A program made the translations under genes and the position numbers. 64,000 bases of DNA from Mytilus trossulus. Its lineage: Eukaryota. Below the pieces are notes generated by a model. That model was not told the DNA's origin, made no database searches, and saw only the letters and a program-made list of their open reading frames with translations. The stretch spans positions 30,008,001 through 30,072,000 of the forward strand of contig NC_086380.1 of the NCBI RefSeq assembly GCF_036588685.1. The letters are read 5' to 3'. Shown piece by piece: positions 12,814-25,440 of this stretch; the stretch's first letter is position 1, and each line of letters starts with the position of its first letter.

Positions 12814-14767
12814 TGTTCTTATTGTCAGATAAATTATATACAAACACAAATTTACATTATTATCTGAGGGTAAAGTGAGATTCCAATTTAATGCAATCCG
12901 AATATTTTCTTTTGAATTTATAAATAATTTTATTTTACAGTTTTCTTCAACATATGGTCCTATTTAAGTGTTTAATTTCTTTCTTTAGATTTCATTCCTT
13001 GTATAATCTGTTAGGCATGGTGCTTAAGTCATAGTATCAATTGTTTTCTAAGTAGAAAAAAAAAGGAAAATCGTATCTGAAACAATAAATACTGATTTTC
13101 CAGCCAAATCTGTAAATGTAAAATTTACTTATCTTCTCTTCGTAAAATCACTTATGGCCAGTCATATAACATTCACTTGTGAAATTGGTGAACATGCCTT
13201 TGAACAATGTCTAAGTTTGTGAATCCTATAATTCAATTTTAAATATTTCATATACCGGTTCGTCTTATTATTCATTATATGTCAAGGTAAGAACATCTGG
13301 GAATTTAATTTTATTTATAAAATTTACCTCCATGACATAAAAAACCAATTTTTCAGGCCATGTTGAGGTTGAAATTAGGTTGATTCATCTAAACAATCCA
13401 TTTTTCTGCTTTACATAGTACTTGATCAATGTTTGTTCTCTTTTGAAAGCTTTGCTGTGAAAGTATGCATACAAAATGTCTGTATTCTCAATAAATATTT
13501 TTACTTTTGACGGTATTAAGTATTTAGCATTATGTAAAACATTACATTAATGAGATATTATATAGTATAGTACTGTATGAAGACTTTTTGTGTGCTCTAT
13601 TTTGTTATGTTGTGAGATATCATAGAACATAGTTGTTATACCACAATAAAAAGAATTAATTTTATTGTATCATTTCTTGATGTATATCATTTTAAAAGAA
13701 TGTTTGCTTTATTTTGTTTCAAATAACAAGCTTGTTTGGCTTTATAAATATTTTGATATGAGCGTCACTGATGACTGATCAGTCTTATATAGACAAAATG
13801 CGTGTCTGGCATACTAAATTATATTCCTGGTACCTTTGATAACTAATTATAAACTTATGGTATATAAATAATGGAACTTCAAAAGAAGAAAAAAATAATA
13901 GGTTGGTGTGCTTGTTTTTGAGATATGAGCCTTTGAAAATTTGACAGGAAATGATTCTCTCTAGGGTTTTTATGCAACCATCATATGCAACTTTTTCACC
14001 CCAAAAAAATAGAAAAAATTTCAAGGATTTTATAAGATTTTCAAATATGGCTTTCAAAACTATCAAATAAAATTTTGAAATTAAAAGTAGGGCTAAGTGG
14101 TATTTTTTTTTTAATTGACACTAGGTTGATTAAACCAGAAGATTCCAAATATAAGATATCAAAATCAAGAGGAGCAAACATCCTTAATCTTACAAAAATA
14201 AAATTGAAGCTATAAAAAGACAACATCCTGGTAATATATACTGCAAGAAAATCATTTTATTGTGGTCATCATGTTTTGCCACTTATAGCTGCATCTCCAG
14301 GACAGTATAAAGATGGGGACAAGTACTAAAGTACATGATATGATCTTCTTATGAGGGTTACAAAAAGGTTATCTGGGAGAAAGGTCATACTCATTGGTAT
14401 AATGAGGTTAAAAGAAAGTAGAATAAAAGTTAAAAACGAATTGTCAATATCCCTTCCAAAATCGATAACACCTCGCTGGACATTCCATACAAATTCAAAT
14501 GGCTTCACCCTGAAGGTGGTACTGCTGCCGATGACCTCGGGAATATGTCAGATGAATGGTAGTTGCATGTGTAGAAAATGGTTGAAATTGCGGTAAATCT
14601 TGTAAGAGATTTTGGAACAATATCTATATGTTTCAAGTTAACTATGTGTGGTTCTTTTGGTTCACTCTGTTTCTGCTTCTTTTTGATTATTCTCTTTGAT
14701 TATTGTGTATGGTATATTTTTGTTGTAACACAAGATTCTAGATTCTGTCTGTGAGTCAACATTATAA

Positions 14768-15110
14768 GTTATATGGTTCGCTACTGACCCCATACGGATC
14801 CATAGAGGGTTAGTAAAATCCATAGGGGGTGAGGCCGGAGGCCGAGTCCCCTATGAATTTTATTCACCCTCTATGGATCCGTAGGGGGTCAGTAGTTAAC
14901 CGTATAACGAATTTATCGGACGCTGGACGTTTTCTGCGGCGTTTTGTTGAAAAATAAACAATGAAACATAACAACCTTAATAGATGACGTCGCCATTAAC
15001 GCGTCACGAACCCCATATGAAACTTACTAACCCCATATGGTCTCATAGGGGGTCACCACGTGACGGCGTTTAACCAATCACAACGTGATAATTCATCTGT
15101 GGTCCGATAA
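14768..15110. mobile_element. Palindromic non-autonomous element (long hairpin with GAGGCCGGAGGCCGAG loop plus a short inverted repeat)
   Basis: ~60-bp stem spanning 14768-14908; TTATCGGAC at 14913-14921 inverted as GTCCGATAA at 15102-15110. Confidence 0.65.
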
Positions 15111-15766
15111 TAAGGTTCAGTCTGGTTTCTAATCTTGTAGACTGTCAAGGTTAAACTCTGCTAGTCTTGTAGGAAGACAAATCTGCAATCAGCTTATCTT
15201 GTAGACTGGTGAGGTTAAGGCTCCTCCATCCTGCTAGAATTGGATGCAGACAAAGCTACTCTCTGATTATGTTGTAGACAGACAAAACTACAACCTAACA
15301 ATCTTGTATACAAACAAAGCTATGTTTTACTGAGCTTGTGGACTGACAAGGCTACACCTTGCTTATCTTGGAGCCAGACAAAGCTGAACTTGGCTGATCT
15401 TGTAGACTGACAAAGTTACACGCTACTTATCTTGTAAATAGGCAAATCTAGTTCTAAGTACCTACTTATCTTGTAGAATGATAAGCTTTAATAGGGCTAT
15501 AATCTAGAACACTCTTCTAACCTTGTAGACGTACAAAGCTACACTCTGTACTTATCTTATAGACTGAGAAGTCTGCACCCTGTTAATCTGGGAGGCAGAC
15601 AAAGCTACACTTTGCTGATATTGTAGGCAAATAAAACTACAAACCTAATTATCTTGTAGACCTAAATGGCTAAATTCCGCCAACCTTGTAGACTGACAAG
15701 ATTACACCCTGCTAATCTTTGAGGCAGATAAATTTACTTTATCATATACTTAGACTAAATAACATA

Positions 15767-16437
15767 TGATAATAGCATTTAATTAACGTAAATTTCATAT
15801 TTTTCGAATTGGTGCTTAGTGGGCTGATATGAAAAGTTTATCACATGCCTTTCCGTAACGTTATCGCATGGCACTCCGGTGAAACTCGGCAAATTCCGGA
15901 AAATACACCTCAATGCTACGTTTTCACTGAAAAACATTACAAAGTAGTGTACAAAACAATTATTTGGAGACTGGAAAGTATAATTTGTAAAAAAATCCAA
16001 AAAAAAAAAATGCATTTTTTTAAAGTTTCTAACATATTAATTTAGAAAGTAACTTTACAAAAAAGTTGACTTTTCCAAACAGTGTCATTTCGTATATTTT
16101 TTTTTTTTTTTTTGTCGTTTCGTCAAAATTTGAATGTTTTTCTTCTCTGTTGAGGCATATGATAGAAAGCTTTCGTATTGAATGTACTAAATTTGGGGTC
16201 CGACGTCCGTGAACTTTTCACTCTTTGAACTTCTATTTGGGAACCACGTAAAAGGATCAATATACGAATCTGTGATTTTTCTCCATCATTGAAGCATATG
16301 ATAAAAAGATCATAACATGTCACTTTTCATATTGCATGTATTATCAGCCCTAGAGCAATGCGGCTCTTTGGCTGATATTGAACCTAGGGCTGATAATACA
16401 TGCGATATGAAAAATGCCATGTAATAATCTGATAATA
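15767..16437. mobile_element. Non-autonomous element with a terminal hairpin, inserted in the satellite
   Basis: Hairpin TTTTCATATTGCATGTATTATCAGCCCTAG / CTAGGGCTGATAATACATGCGATATGAAAA at 16324-16413; related GGGCTGATATGAAAA at ~15821; TGATAATA at both edges. Confidence 0.5.
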
Positions 16438-16761
16438 TCCCTATTTAGTGTAGACACTTAAAGCTTCAATTTGTTAATCTTGTAAACAGACAGACCCACA
16501 ATATGCTTTTCTTTCAGACAGACAAAGCTTCATTATCACAATTATACAGTAAACAAAACAGACAAAGCTACATTATCACAATTATACTGTAAACAAAACA
16601 GACACAGCCACAACCCTCTAATCTTCAAATACTACCAAGGATTAAGTCTGCCTTTAATCTGCAGATCAAGAATGAAGTAACTCCTTAATGTGTCTATTGT
16701 GTACTGGCAAGATAATTTCCTGCCTACCTGCTCAACAGAAAGATCCCAAACCATCTAATAT

Positions 16762-16889
16762 CAGTGGCGGATCCAGGAATTTTCATAAGTGGGGGCCCAC
16801 TGACTGACCTAAGAGGGGGCCCGCTCCAGTCACGCTTCAGTGATTCCCTATATAAGCAACCAAATTTTTTCCCCCTAAATCCGCCTCTG
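16762..16889. mobile_element. Short MITE (CAGTGGCGGAT...ATCCGCCTCTG termini)
   Basis: Imperfect 11-bp terminal inverted repeats; no clear TSD. Confidence 0.65.
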
Positions 16890-18653
16890 AAGATAAGAAG
16901 CACTCTAGCTAGAACCACCACGGGTAATCTGGTAGACAGACAAAACTGCATTATTGGACAAAATGCAAAGCTAAATCTCGCTAACACGATAGACCGACAA
17001 AGCTGTGGGTAATGATAAATTACTAGTAAGCACAAACAAAAAGCAACGATACGATATGGTAGAATAAAACAAAAAAAACGGTAGGTTGTTTATTTGACAA
17101 TGAGGCAAAGCTACAACCCGATAATATGATAGACACACTGACAAAAAGCTGCATATTTTTAATTTGGTAAAAAGGCAAACCAACAACTTGCTAATCTCAC
17201 AGACAGATACAACTGCAGGTTGCTAATTTGGCAGACGAACAAAGCTAAAACGTGGCTAAAACTCGCTAATCTGATAGATGCAAAGCGGCAGGTTATTAAT
17301 TTGGTAACCATTCTTTCTTATGTTGTACCGATATGTACTGTCCCAGGTTAGGGGAAGGTTGGGATCCCGCTAACATGGTGGATAGTTGGCATTCATACCA
17401 CATCTACTTTTTTTTATAAAGCTACAGCTTGCTTGCCCGGTAGATAGACAAAGCGAACAGTTATTGACCTGGCAGCAAGCCAGGCAAAGCTACAACTATC
17501 TAACCTGGTAGACATCCAATATTGTAGTTGTTTATCTTAAAAAAACAGGCAAATTTACAGATCTCTAACCTGATATAGACTCACAGAGCTACAGTAGGGT
17601 TTTTTTTTGTAGATAGGCAAAGCTAAAAACTCTGCTAGTATTGTAGACACAGCAGACAATGCTACAATCTGCTTATCATTTACACAAACAAAGCTTGAAT
17701 TGAATTGAAGACCCCCAAATCTAGATTCCATGATTAACAAATGTACTAGTATATGCAGCTGAAAGACGTTAAACCGGTATTGTTTTATATATATATTTTG
17801 TTTTTCCCAAAAGTGTCACCGTAAAAACCTTCAATGAAATCTAGAAATACACAGAAAAAGGGAGCTACGAATTTGTATTACTAGTATGTAAGGTTTGTTT
17901 CCCTTCTTTTTGATGTCCGATTGCTCATGTAGTAAAACTACAGTTAATATCATTGATGGTGTGTGTTCGAATTCTAATAGCTAAAGTGCGTTTCTAGAAC
18001 TCTCATGGCTGGTGCGTTCACCGTCAATTATAATTAACTATAACAAATCAAATGTACTCTCCTGGCACCCAGCTTCCTTGACCAATAAAAACTGCCAGTC
18101 ACGATATAGCCAAGAGTGCTGAACTTGTGCTTATCGTCAACAACCAATACACAAACACAAAATCTGTAAAACTGCCGACAGATCGGACGATTGAATATAA
18201 CTCCACACCGATCATATCGCGCTAATACAATTTCTGTAATAAAAGTGTGACCAATTTACTTTGCAATTGCTTCATTTCATGACATGCTGGACAAAAATGG
18301 GTTATTATCCGCTGCTTAGGAGTAAGCCCGGGGGGGGGGGGGGGCTGGGTTATTTCCTATATTTTTAGTGGTACGAGTGTGCCGCAAAACAGGGTCCTTT
18401 TTCGTGCCCTGATGGTTAGAACAGGGTCCCGTTTTCACGTTGTACTGGATACAACAGGGTCACTTTCACATGCCCTGCTAGTGAGAACAGGGTCTTTTAT
18501 TAAACAAAGTATTTTTCTAGTACAGGATTACTTATTTAACTGTTTAATATTCAGTCTAGAACCCGGGTTTAGAACAGTAATTATACAGAATATACATTTT
18601 CTGAGCGTGTCAAGAACAGGGTATGTTATTCAATATTTCTGTTTAGAACAGGG

Positions 18654-18846
18654 TTAGTCCTATAATATAAGACTCTGCAGGTTCATACTATTTACATTCA
18701 ACGTTTTTAATCGGATTTATTTTTTACTGTCAATGTTGAACATCAGACATCAGATTCAACATTGATCATTAAAAAAAATATCCGATAAAAAACGATGAAT
18801 GTAAATGATATGAACCTGTAGTCTTATATCAGGCCTATAGGACTAA
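18654..18846. mobile_element. Fully palindromic MITE nested in an AGAACAGGGT-repeat element (~18328-18955); half copy at ~21863-21951
   Basis: TTAGTCCTATA...TATAGGACTAA termini with ~85-bp inverted arms; same arm sequence at 21863-21951. Confidence 0.75.
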
Positions 18847-18987
18847 GAATAAGAAAAGGGTGTGTTTTTCCATGTTTGCTGGTTATAACATGGTATGATT
18901 TCGCGAGTGCAGTCGGCACAGGTATACCCGAAAGGAAAGTCAGTAACCCCCCGCGGTGAGTAGAATGAAATTATATGGATAAGAGTT

Positions 18988-19246
18988 GGGGACGACATAA
19001 AAAAAATCAAAGAAGGATAAAATAAATTAATTCAAATAGTTTGGGATGGTGGTGGTGGGGAGGGGCCAAATTGCTACAAGTTTTGTATAAATTGACATCG
19101 ATTTTACATACATCCTTATTGGTCAATCAATTTTGCCCAAATTAAGTTAAGAGGGGGGGGGGGGGGTAGGGGGTAGGGGGGTCAGTGAAAAAACTATATG
19201 AATTTAGTTTTTTTTGTATCCTTCATTGAACTTCTGATGTTGTCTT
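18988..19246. mobile_element. MITE with ~45-bp imperfect TIRs and internal G-runs
   Basis: GACGACAT..TCAAAGAAGGATAAAATAAA..AATTC versus GAATT..TTTTTTGTATCCTTCATTGA..ATGTTGTC. Confidence 0.55.
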
Positions 19247-22200
19247 TTAGACCCTGTGTCAACTGAGCTGATGCAAAGGTTTCCTATTCTATTTTAAGTC
19301 CTTGATAATGCAGCATATGACTAGCACACACCCCGGCACCCGTCCATTTTCATCAAAGAACTACTCATTAAAATAGTAATTGCTAAAATTGAATAAAAGA
19401 GATTTAAAAAAGAAAAAAAAAATACAGATGCCCATAATGAAATTTGTCTCCGTCTCATCTTAGTTTACAGTCTGTGTTTGTATTTCTTAATAGTTGATTC
19501 CCTATAGAAATATCAGGGATATTGATACAGCAGCTGTCTTACTAGCCAAAATTGCTAGGAAAATCTAGTTTCTGCAGTATATTTGGCTTTTGCACATATA
19601 ATAAATTTATAGTCTGACGGGCATCACCGTGTATTACTGAGACTACTCATGATAACACAGTGTTATAGTAGTCTCAGTGTATTTTAATAAAATTAAAATA
19701 ATTTAACAAATATGCTACCCTATATCCTTTTTATTTTCATAAAACTACTGATATTGAATCAATAAGATCAGGAGAATTTCAAGTTCTTAAAAAATATAAA
19801 TGAACAAAATCTTTACAATACTTGATAGAGGTTACTATGAACTTATCATTGAACATGACCTTGACCTCTGGCATTTTGCTTTTCAAACAAAATGTAAGCA
19901 AAATTTAGTCTAAACACTTTTTCTAAATACTTTTAGGGTTTATTTGATTAAATTTCTAAGAAAATTTAATAAAAAAATGACCTACGGTCAAAGTCAAGCT
20001 GAAGGTCATGAATAACCTTTGCCCTTGAGGTCAACTTTCAGGTCATTGAATGCACATTGACAACATGTTCGAAGTGTTTTTGAAGTATACTGATATTTCT
20101 ATTTGAAGATAACTTCAAATGCAAAATATTCTTAGCTTTAAAAGTTTAAACGTGTTTGTTTTGAGAAAAATCATTTGAAATGTTGGATTAAAGGCTGTTT
20201 GGAATTTCCTGATGTTTTGTCAACGGAGGACACATATTCGCCGTTGTTAACTTACACATCTATTTAAAACCAAATAACTGCAGCTTTAAACAATATTGCT
20301 CAAATAAATTTCATTATCTAGATGAATAGCAGACATTTGAAAGGTGTAAAAAATGAAATTTAGGGCAATCAGTCAAAGAATTACTAAAGAAATACTTCTT
20401 TGAAATCGTTTTTTTCATTCAGGAAATTGGCTGAAAATCGTTGTCCCTTTTTCGGTCCTTTTCGATAAGTGCCGAAATTTGGTCTCATTTTCAAAAATAA
20501 TCATATTTGTTATAAAAAATATAATTTACCTGCATAAGTTTCTTCAATTTCAAGCATCCTTTGAAGTTTTTACACCTCAAAATCATAAAGCGGCGAAATT
20601 ATGTCCACGGCGAATATGAGCGCCCCACTCAGGCTACTTCAAAAAAACTTATAAAAGCCGGGAAAGAAAAAAAAGGGGGAACAATGCCTCAAGTACCTGC
20701 ATTTTATTGAATCGCCTATAAAAAAAACCTTGGCGAATGCTCTGGTCATAGGGACAATGATTGAAACAGTGCCTTATGTTACCGATTTCTGATAACAGTT
20801 AATATCATAATAGTATAGTTTAAGCTCCTCATAGAATGAAACCAGATCAGCATGTGTCTGTCCCCTACCTAAAGGTCTCCCAAATACAGCTGACCTTTCA
20901 AAATGTTTACCCGTCTTGCAAAGCCAAATCATGACATACGGTCAATTTTACAGAAATCATTTTCTATATCATCACAGGTAATTATTTCACAGATCAACCC
21001 GTTCGCAGGCTTTGTGAAAGTCAAAGCCTATTGTCAAAGGTATCGACCGTAGTCGTAGACTGTGACAGTGTAAATTGTGTATTGAAAATGTATTGAAAAG
21101 TATTGAAAATAATTTTGGCTTGTGGCTCACTGCAAAAGAGTCGCCCCTATAGTCATGCTCCAATGAATCCCTATAAAATAATCAACTATTTTTTCCAGAT
21201 AAGGAGGACACAAATTTATGGAAAATCATTTTAAATGGTCATGATGGTATGGCATACTAGTCCAAATAATTATGATGTTTGGTTTTCAACATATATTTCA
21301 TAGTTGTAGCATGCTGAAAAATAATGGTACGGTTTCGGCAAATTCGAAATATGGGACATGAAAGTGTCCGATCCAGCCTCATATAGCGAGGCTGCATTAC
21401 GGCAGGGGGTATGGGGGCCGCTCAAGGCCTCCAGAAGCTCTGGGATTTATAGCGTTATAATCCTGCATTCTAAGTGTTTCATGGCACTAAAAAATGTTTC
21501 CCAACAGCAGCATTTTTTACAAGACCATTTGATAAAAAATGAATGTCTGTGTCTTGCGGGTTTTGCAGTTTGTTTTCTATTTTTGTGTCCTTAACATAGC
21601 AAGATTGGCGAATGAGAACAATACTGCCATACTATTATCTCGCAACAAATCATTGGGCAAAATTCATGATTTACAAGTGATTTCTGTCAGTTTATTAATT
21701 ATAAGATCTTAAAATATTATTATTTTTAAAATAAAACAATCAAAGTACGGCTAGCAACTATTGAGCTATAGTGAATAGAAAAATGAATGAGGATCGGGAA
21801 TGTGTAAAAAACTACAACAATCCTCACACACTGCATGCATGGGATAAGCTGCAGCTGGTCCGGTAGTCCTATAATATAAGACTTCTGAGATTCATATCAT
21901 TTACATTTAACTTTTTTTATCGGATATTTAAAAAAAAAATCAATGTTGAACCCATCTTCGCTAGCCAAGGGTTATGTGTTGAACCCGAATTCGGGTTAAA
22001 CCATGTGATTGATAGTAAATAAAATACATAATAAAAAAAGGTTGAGTGCAAATGATCAGTCAGAGATATAACTCTATAGGGTTATTACAGAAAATAACTT
22101 ACATGTGTTATTACAGATACTTTTCTTTAAATTTTCTAAATCTGTAATAACATATGTTTGTTATTTGTAAAATTATTTAATCTATAGTGGACTCTAGGGA

Positions 22201-25129
22201 ACTCTTGAGACTTTGCGCAGAAACTAAATGCATAGCCTTGATAATTAATTTTTAAATTGAATTAATACATTTTTGATTAACCATGGTTAATCAATGAAAC
22301 AAGGCTATTTAGGAATTAGCTTAGCTGTGATAACAACATGAACAAGGCTTAGTTATTAAAGGAATGTAACTTATTATATAAGACACTTGGGAATTACTGA
22401 GAAACTTGCGCAGAACCTCATTACATGCTCTGGTCATTATTTCTAACAATAAATTTAAATACATTGTAATTAAGCATGATTTATGTCTGAGCAAATACTT
22501 TGAAGTGATATAAAGAAGCTGTGATAACACCCTTTAGTTATTATTGGCGAGTTTTGGATGTGTCTATGGGCCACTCGATATCTCTCGGTCGGAAGTCAGA
22601 ATTAATTTCTCGGAACGTATCGAAAGTTTTCGGTTGTTTATACAGGACTACAGGTCGTTATCAAGTCTTTGATGTGGTCCCTTGAGGGCCCTTGACGATG
22701 TAATTATATGTTGGTCAATTATAACTTGGTCACTAGTGTCTGTTGTCTCGATAACATGTAAACTAATTATGTTTGAAGATTCAACCACGGGATACTGTGT
22801 ATTTCATCATAGACTTGCGAGAGAGAACATTCAGGTTAAAATATTTAAAATATTAGATCGGAAAACAGAAAGATAATATTCTTATCAAATTTATTTTATT
22901 CAATCCGAATCAAAGAAACGTATATAAAATATATACTGTATTTATGTTTCTGAAGAAACTAACAATGATTGAAATCAGAATGTTTTCAGAGTTGCAATTA
23001 AGAAATAAGCATTTTATATGACAAGATACTCTGCTTTGGTATTTTTAAATACTCATTTGTACCGGAAACATAAAAATTAAATTTTTGCATCATACAAAAA
23101 AAATGTTTATAATCATAATCCTTACATTTCTACGTTATTTATTTCATACCATGGTGTTATTGGTTTTTTTTGAGTAATTAAGTTTTTTTGTATTATTATA
23201 TATCCATAAAAACGGAAAGTAAGATAAATCTATAAAATATTCCAATTTTAAACGGTCGTGAATAAAAATACTTGTGTGTTTTCAATTCATAAAGTATGAT
23301 TTTAAATCCTCGCAGCTCACATCAACCGTAAAAATAATCATTATTTACAATTATCACAAAAAAATTTAATTACGACCATAATGTTGATTATTTTATACTG
23401 GTTTAGTATGGATTTAGAAGCCTTTGCTTATATTTTGCATAGTAATATATTCACATAGTGGAATGTTTGAATTTGAAAATAGATTCATTCGATAAGTAAA
23501 ATGTCCATCAGTAAATACTTGACTTTCGTGTCAGTTATTGATTTTATATATATTCAAAGCATTTGAAAAAAAATACTAACAAAAACGTTAGTTTATTATG
23601 AAATTTCAATTCAAATTTTGTTTTTTTTGTTTTAATAGTTTAACCTTATAGCATCTACATACTGTACTATGGTACGGTTTTGAAAATTGTATTCATTGTG
23701 TTGACCAACTATCCGACATGTCTTGATTCATTCACAATTATAAATCACATTTCAAAAGCACACTATCGGTTTGCGTTCTCAAACATTCTGGATAAAATGT
23801 CAATGAATTCGGAGTCAAAACATTTAATGTAGACCGTTTGACATTCGAATTCAACTATTAGATTTTCCTGAGTATCGGTGCGCTGAAATAATACTTGCAT
23901 ACAATACTATTAAATTCATTGGTGAAAGCTTATGTTCGTTTTTGTTATCTAAATACAGGACACGGCAGAAAGAGCTTTACATGTGACTTTCAAGCACGGT
24001 CATCATTACTAACGGCATTCTGACCTCGAGTTGTTTCTATTTTATTTCTTTTTTTGAGTCACTGTTCTATTATAAACTTTGTTCGAAAAGCTAAGGATTG
24101 TCTACCCAAGGAATAGATTCCTTAACTTTGTAATGTACATGTATTTAGTCTTTTAACTTTTTTCATTCGAGCGTCCCTGATGATTTTCTTGAAGACTTAA
24201 CTCGTGTCTGGCAAAGGTATTCATAAACTTCAGAATTAAGAAATTCTTCGGCAAAACTAAGTTTCCCTGTATAATGTTTGAATTGATTTAGTAAAATCAG
24301 GAAATCCTTAAAATTTGAGATGTTTTATGAGACCAAAAAAAGTCTCTTCGTAAGAGGTTCCAATCAATTGCATGCCACAGGTTTCACCGCATACAATATC
24401 TACCATGAGAACAAAATATAAAGATATGATAGGTAAAATAAATGCATCCAGAATTCTAGATTATAAAGCAAACTGAGTGCATAAATTTTTATTGCGATAG
24501 GTTTGTGCAATTTGCATAAATCATCCGGTTAGTAGAAATTAGGATTTGTCAAAGAGTTATAATCGGAAACATTATGTACATTCCCAAGTAATAGATAAAA
24601 TAGTTGAGCTATAACATAACTATTCAAATAAATACTGTAAATATATACTCTCAACTGGCTTCTTCTATTCACAGTCAATTATTTCAATTCAAAAGCAAAC
24701 ACAAATACAGCAACAATCTTTTGGTGACCCGGCAGTCAGCGGTCTTAGGTTCATGTATTGCATTTCTTTTTTTTAAAGAAAGCAACTTGTTCTGTAATAA
24801 CATATAGGTGTGCTATTCAAAATTGGAATACTATGAACTGTTATATCTTTCAATAGTTAAGTATACATAAAGACAAAAGTAATATCAATAGAACTTGTAT
24901 ACATTTTAACTAAACTTATGATGTATATTGTCCCTTTGAAATATATAACATACGTATGTTATCACAGTTCTTTGATTTTTTAGTCCACAATAACAAATGT
25001 ATGTTATTTTCCTGTAATAACTCTATAGAGTTTATATCCCTGACTGATGATATGAACCTCAAAAGTATTTTATTATAGGACTGCCGTCCCAGAAACAACA
25101 TATTCTGGGTAATGTACACCTTTCTAGAC

Positions 25130-25440
25130 CCCCATCCCGCTGCAAATGTTTGCACCTGTCCTAAGTCAGGAATCTGATGTACAGTAGTTGTCGTTTGTTT
25201 ATGTAATATATACGTGTTTCTCGTTTCTCGTTTTGTTTATATAGATTAGACCGTTGGTTTTCCCGTTTGAATGGTTTTACACTAGTAATTTTGGGGCCCT
25301 TTATAGCTTGTTGTTCGGTGTGAGCCAAGGCTCCGTGTTGAAGGCCGTACTTTAACCTATAATGGTTTAATTTTTAAATTGTTATTTGGATGGAGAGTTG
25401 TCTCATTGGCATTCACACCACATCTTCCTATATCTACCCA
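25130..25440. mobile_element. Abundant SINE-like repeat; other fragments at ~8800-9180, 10230-10410, 12260-12420, 27860-27950, 57495-57600, 57875-58290, 59065-59305
   Basis: Shared blocks GATGTGGTATGATTGCCAATGAGACAACT, TATAGGTCACCGTACGGCCTTCAAC and CCTGTCCTAAGTCAGGA (either orientation). Confidence 0.7.

Larger units (their letters stand above)
15120..17700 (+). repeat. Degenerate ~32-bp tandem satellite (consensus approx. TCTTGTAGACTGACAAAGCTACACCCTGCTAA) interrupted by later insertions
   Basis: TCTTGTAG recurs at 15133, 15165 and 15197, with TCTTG-core units again at 15366, 15398 and 15430. The ACAAAGCT core recurs to ~17695. Interrupted at ~15760-16435, 16762-16889 and ~17310-17415. Confidence 0.75.
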
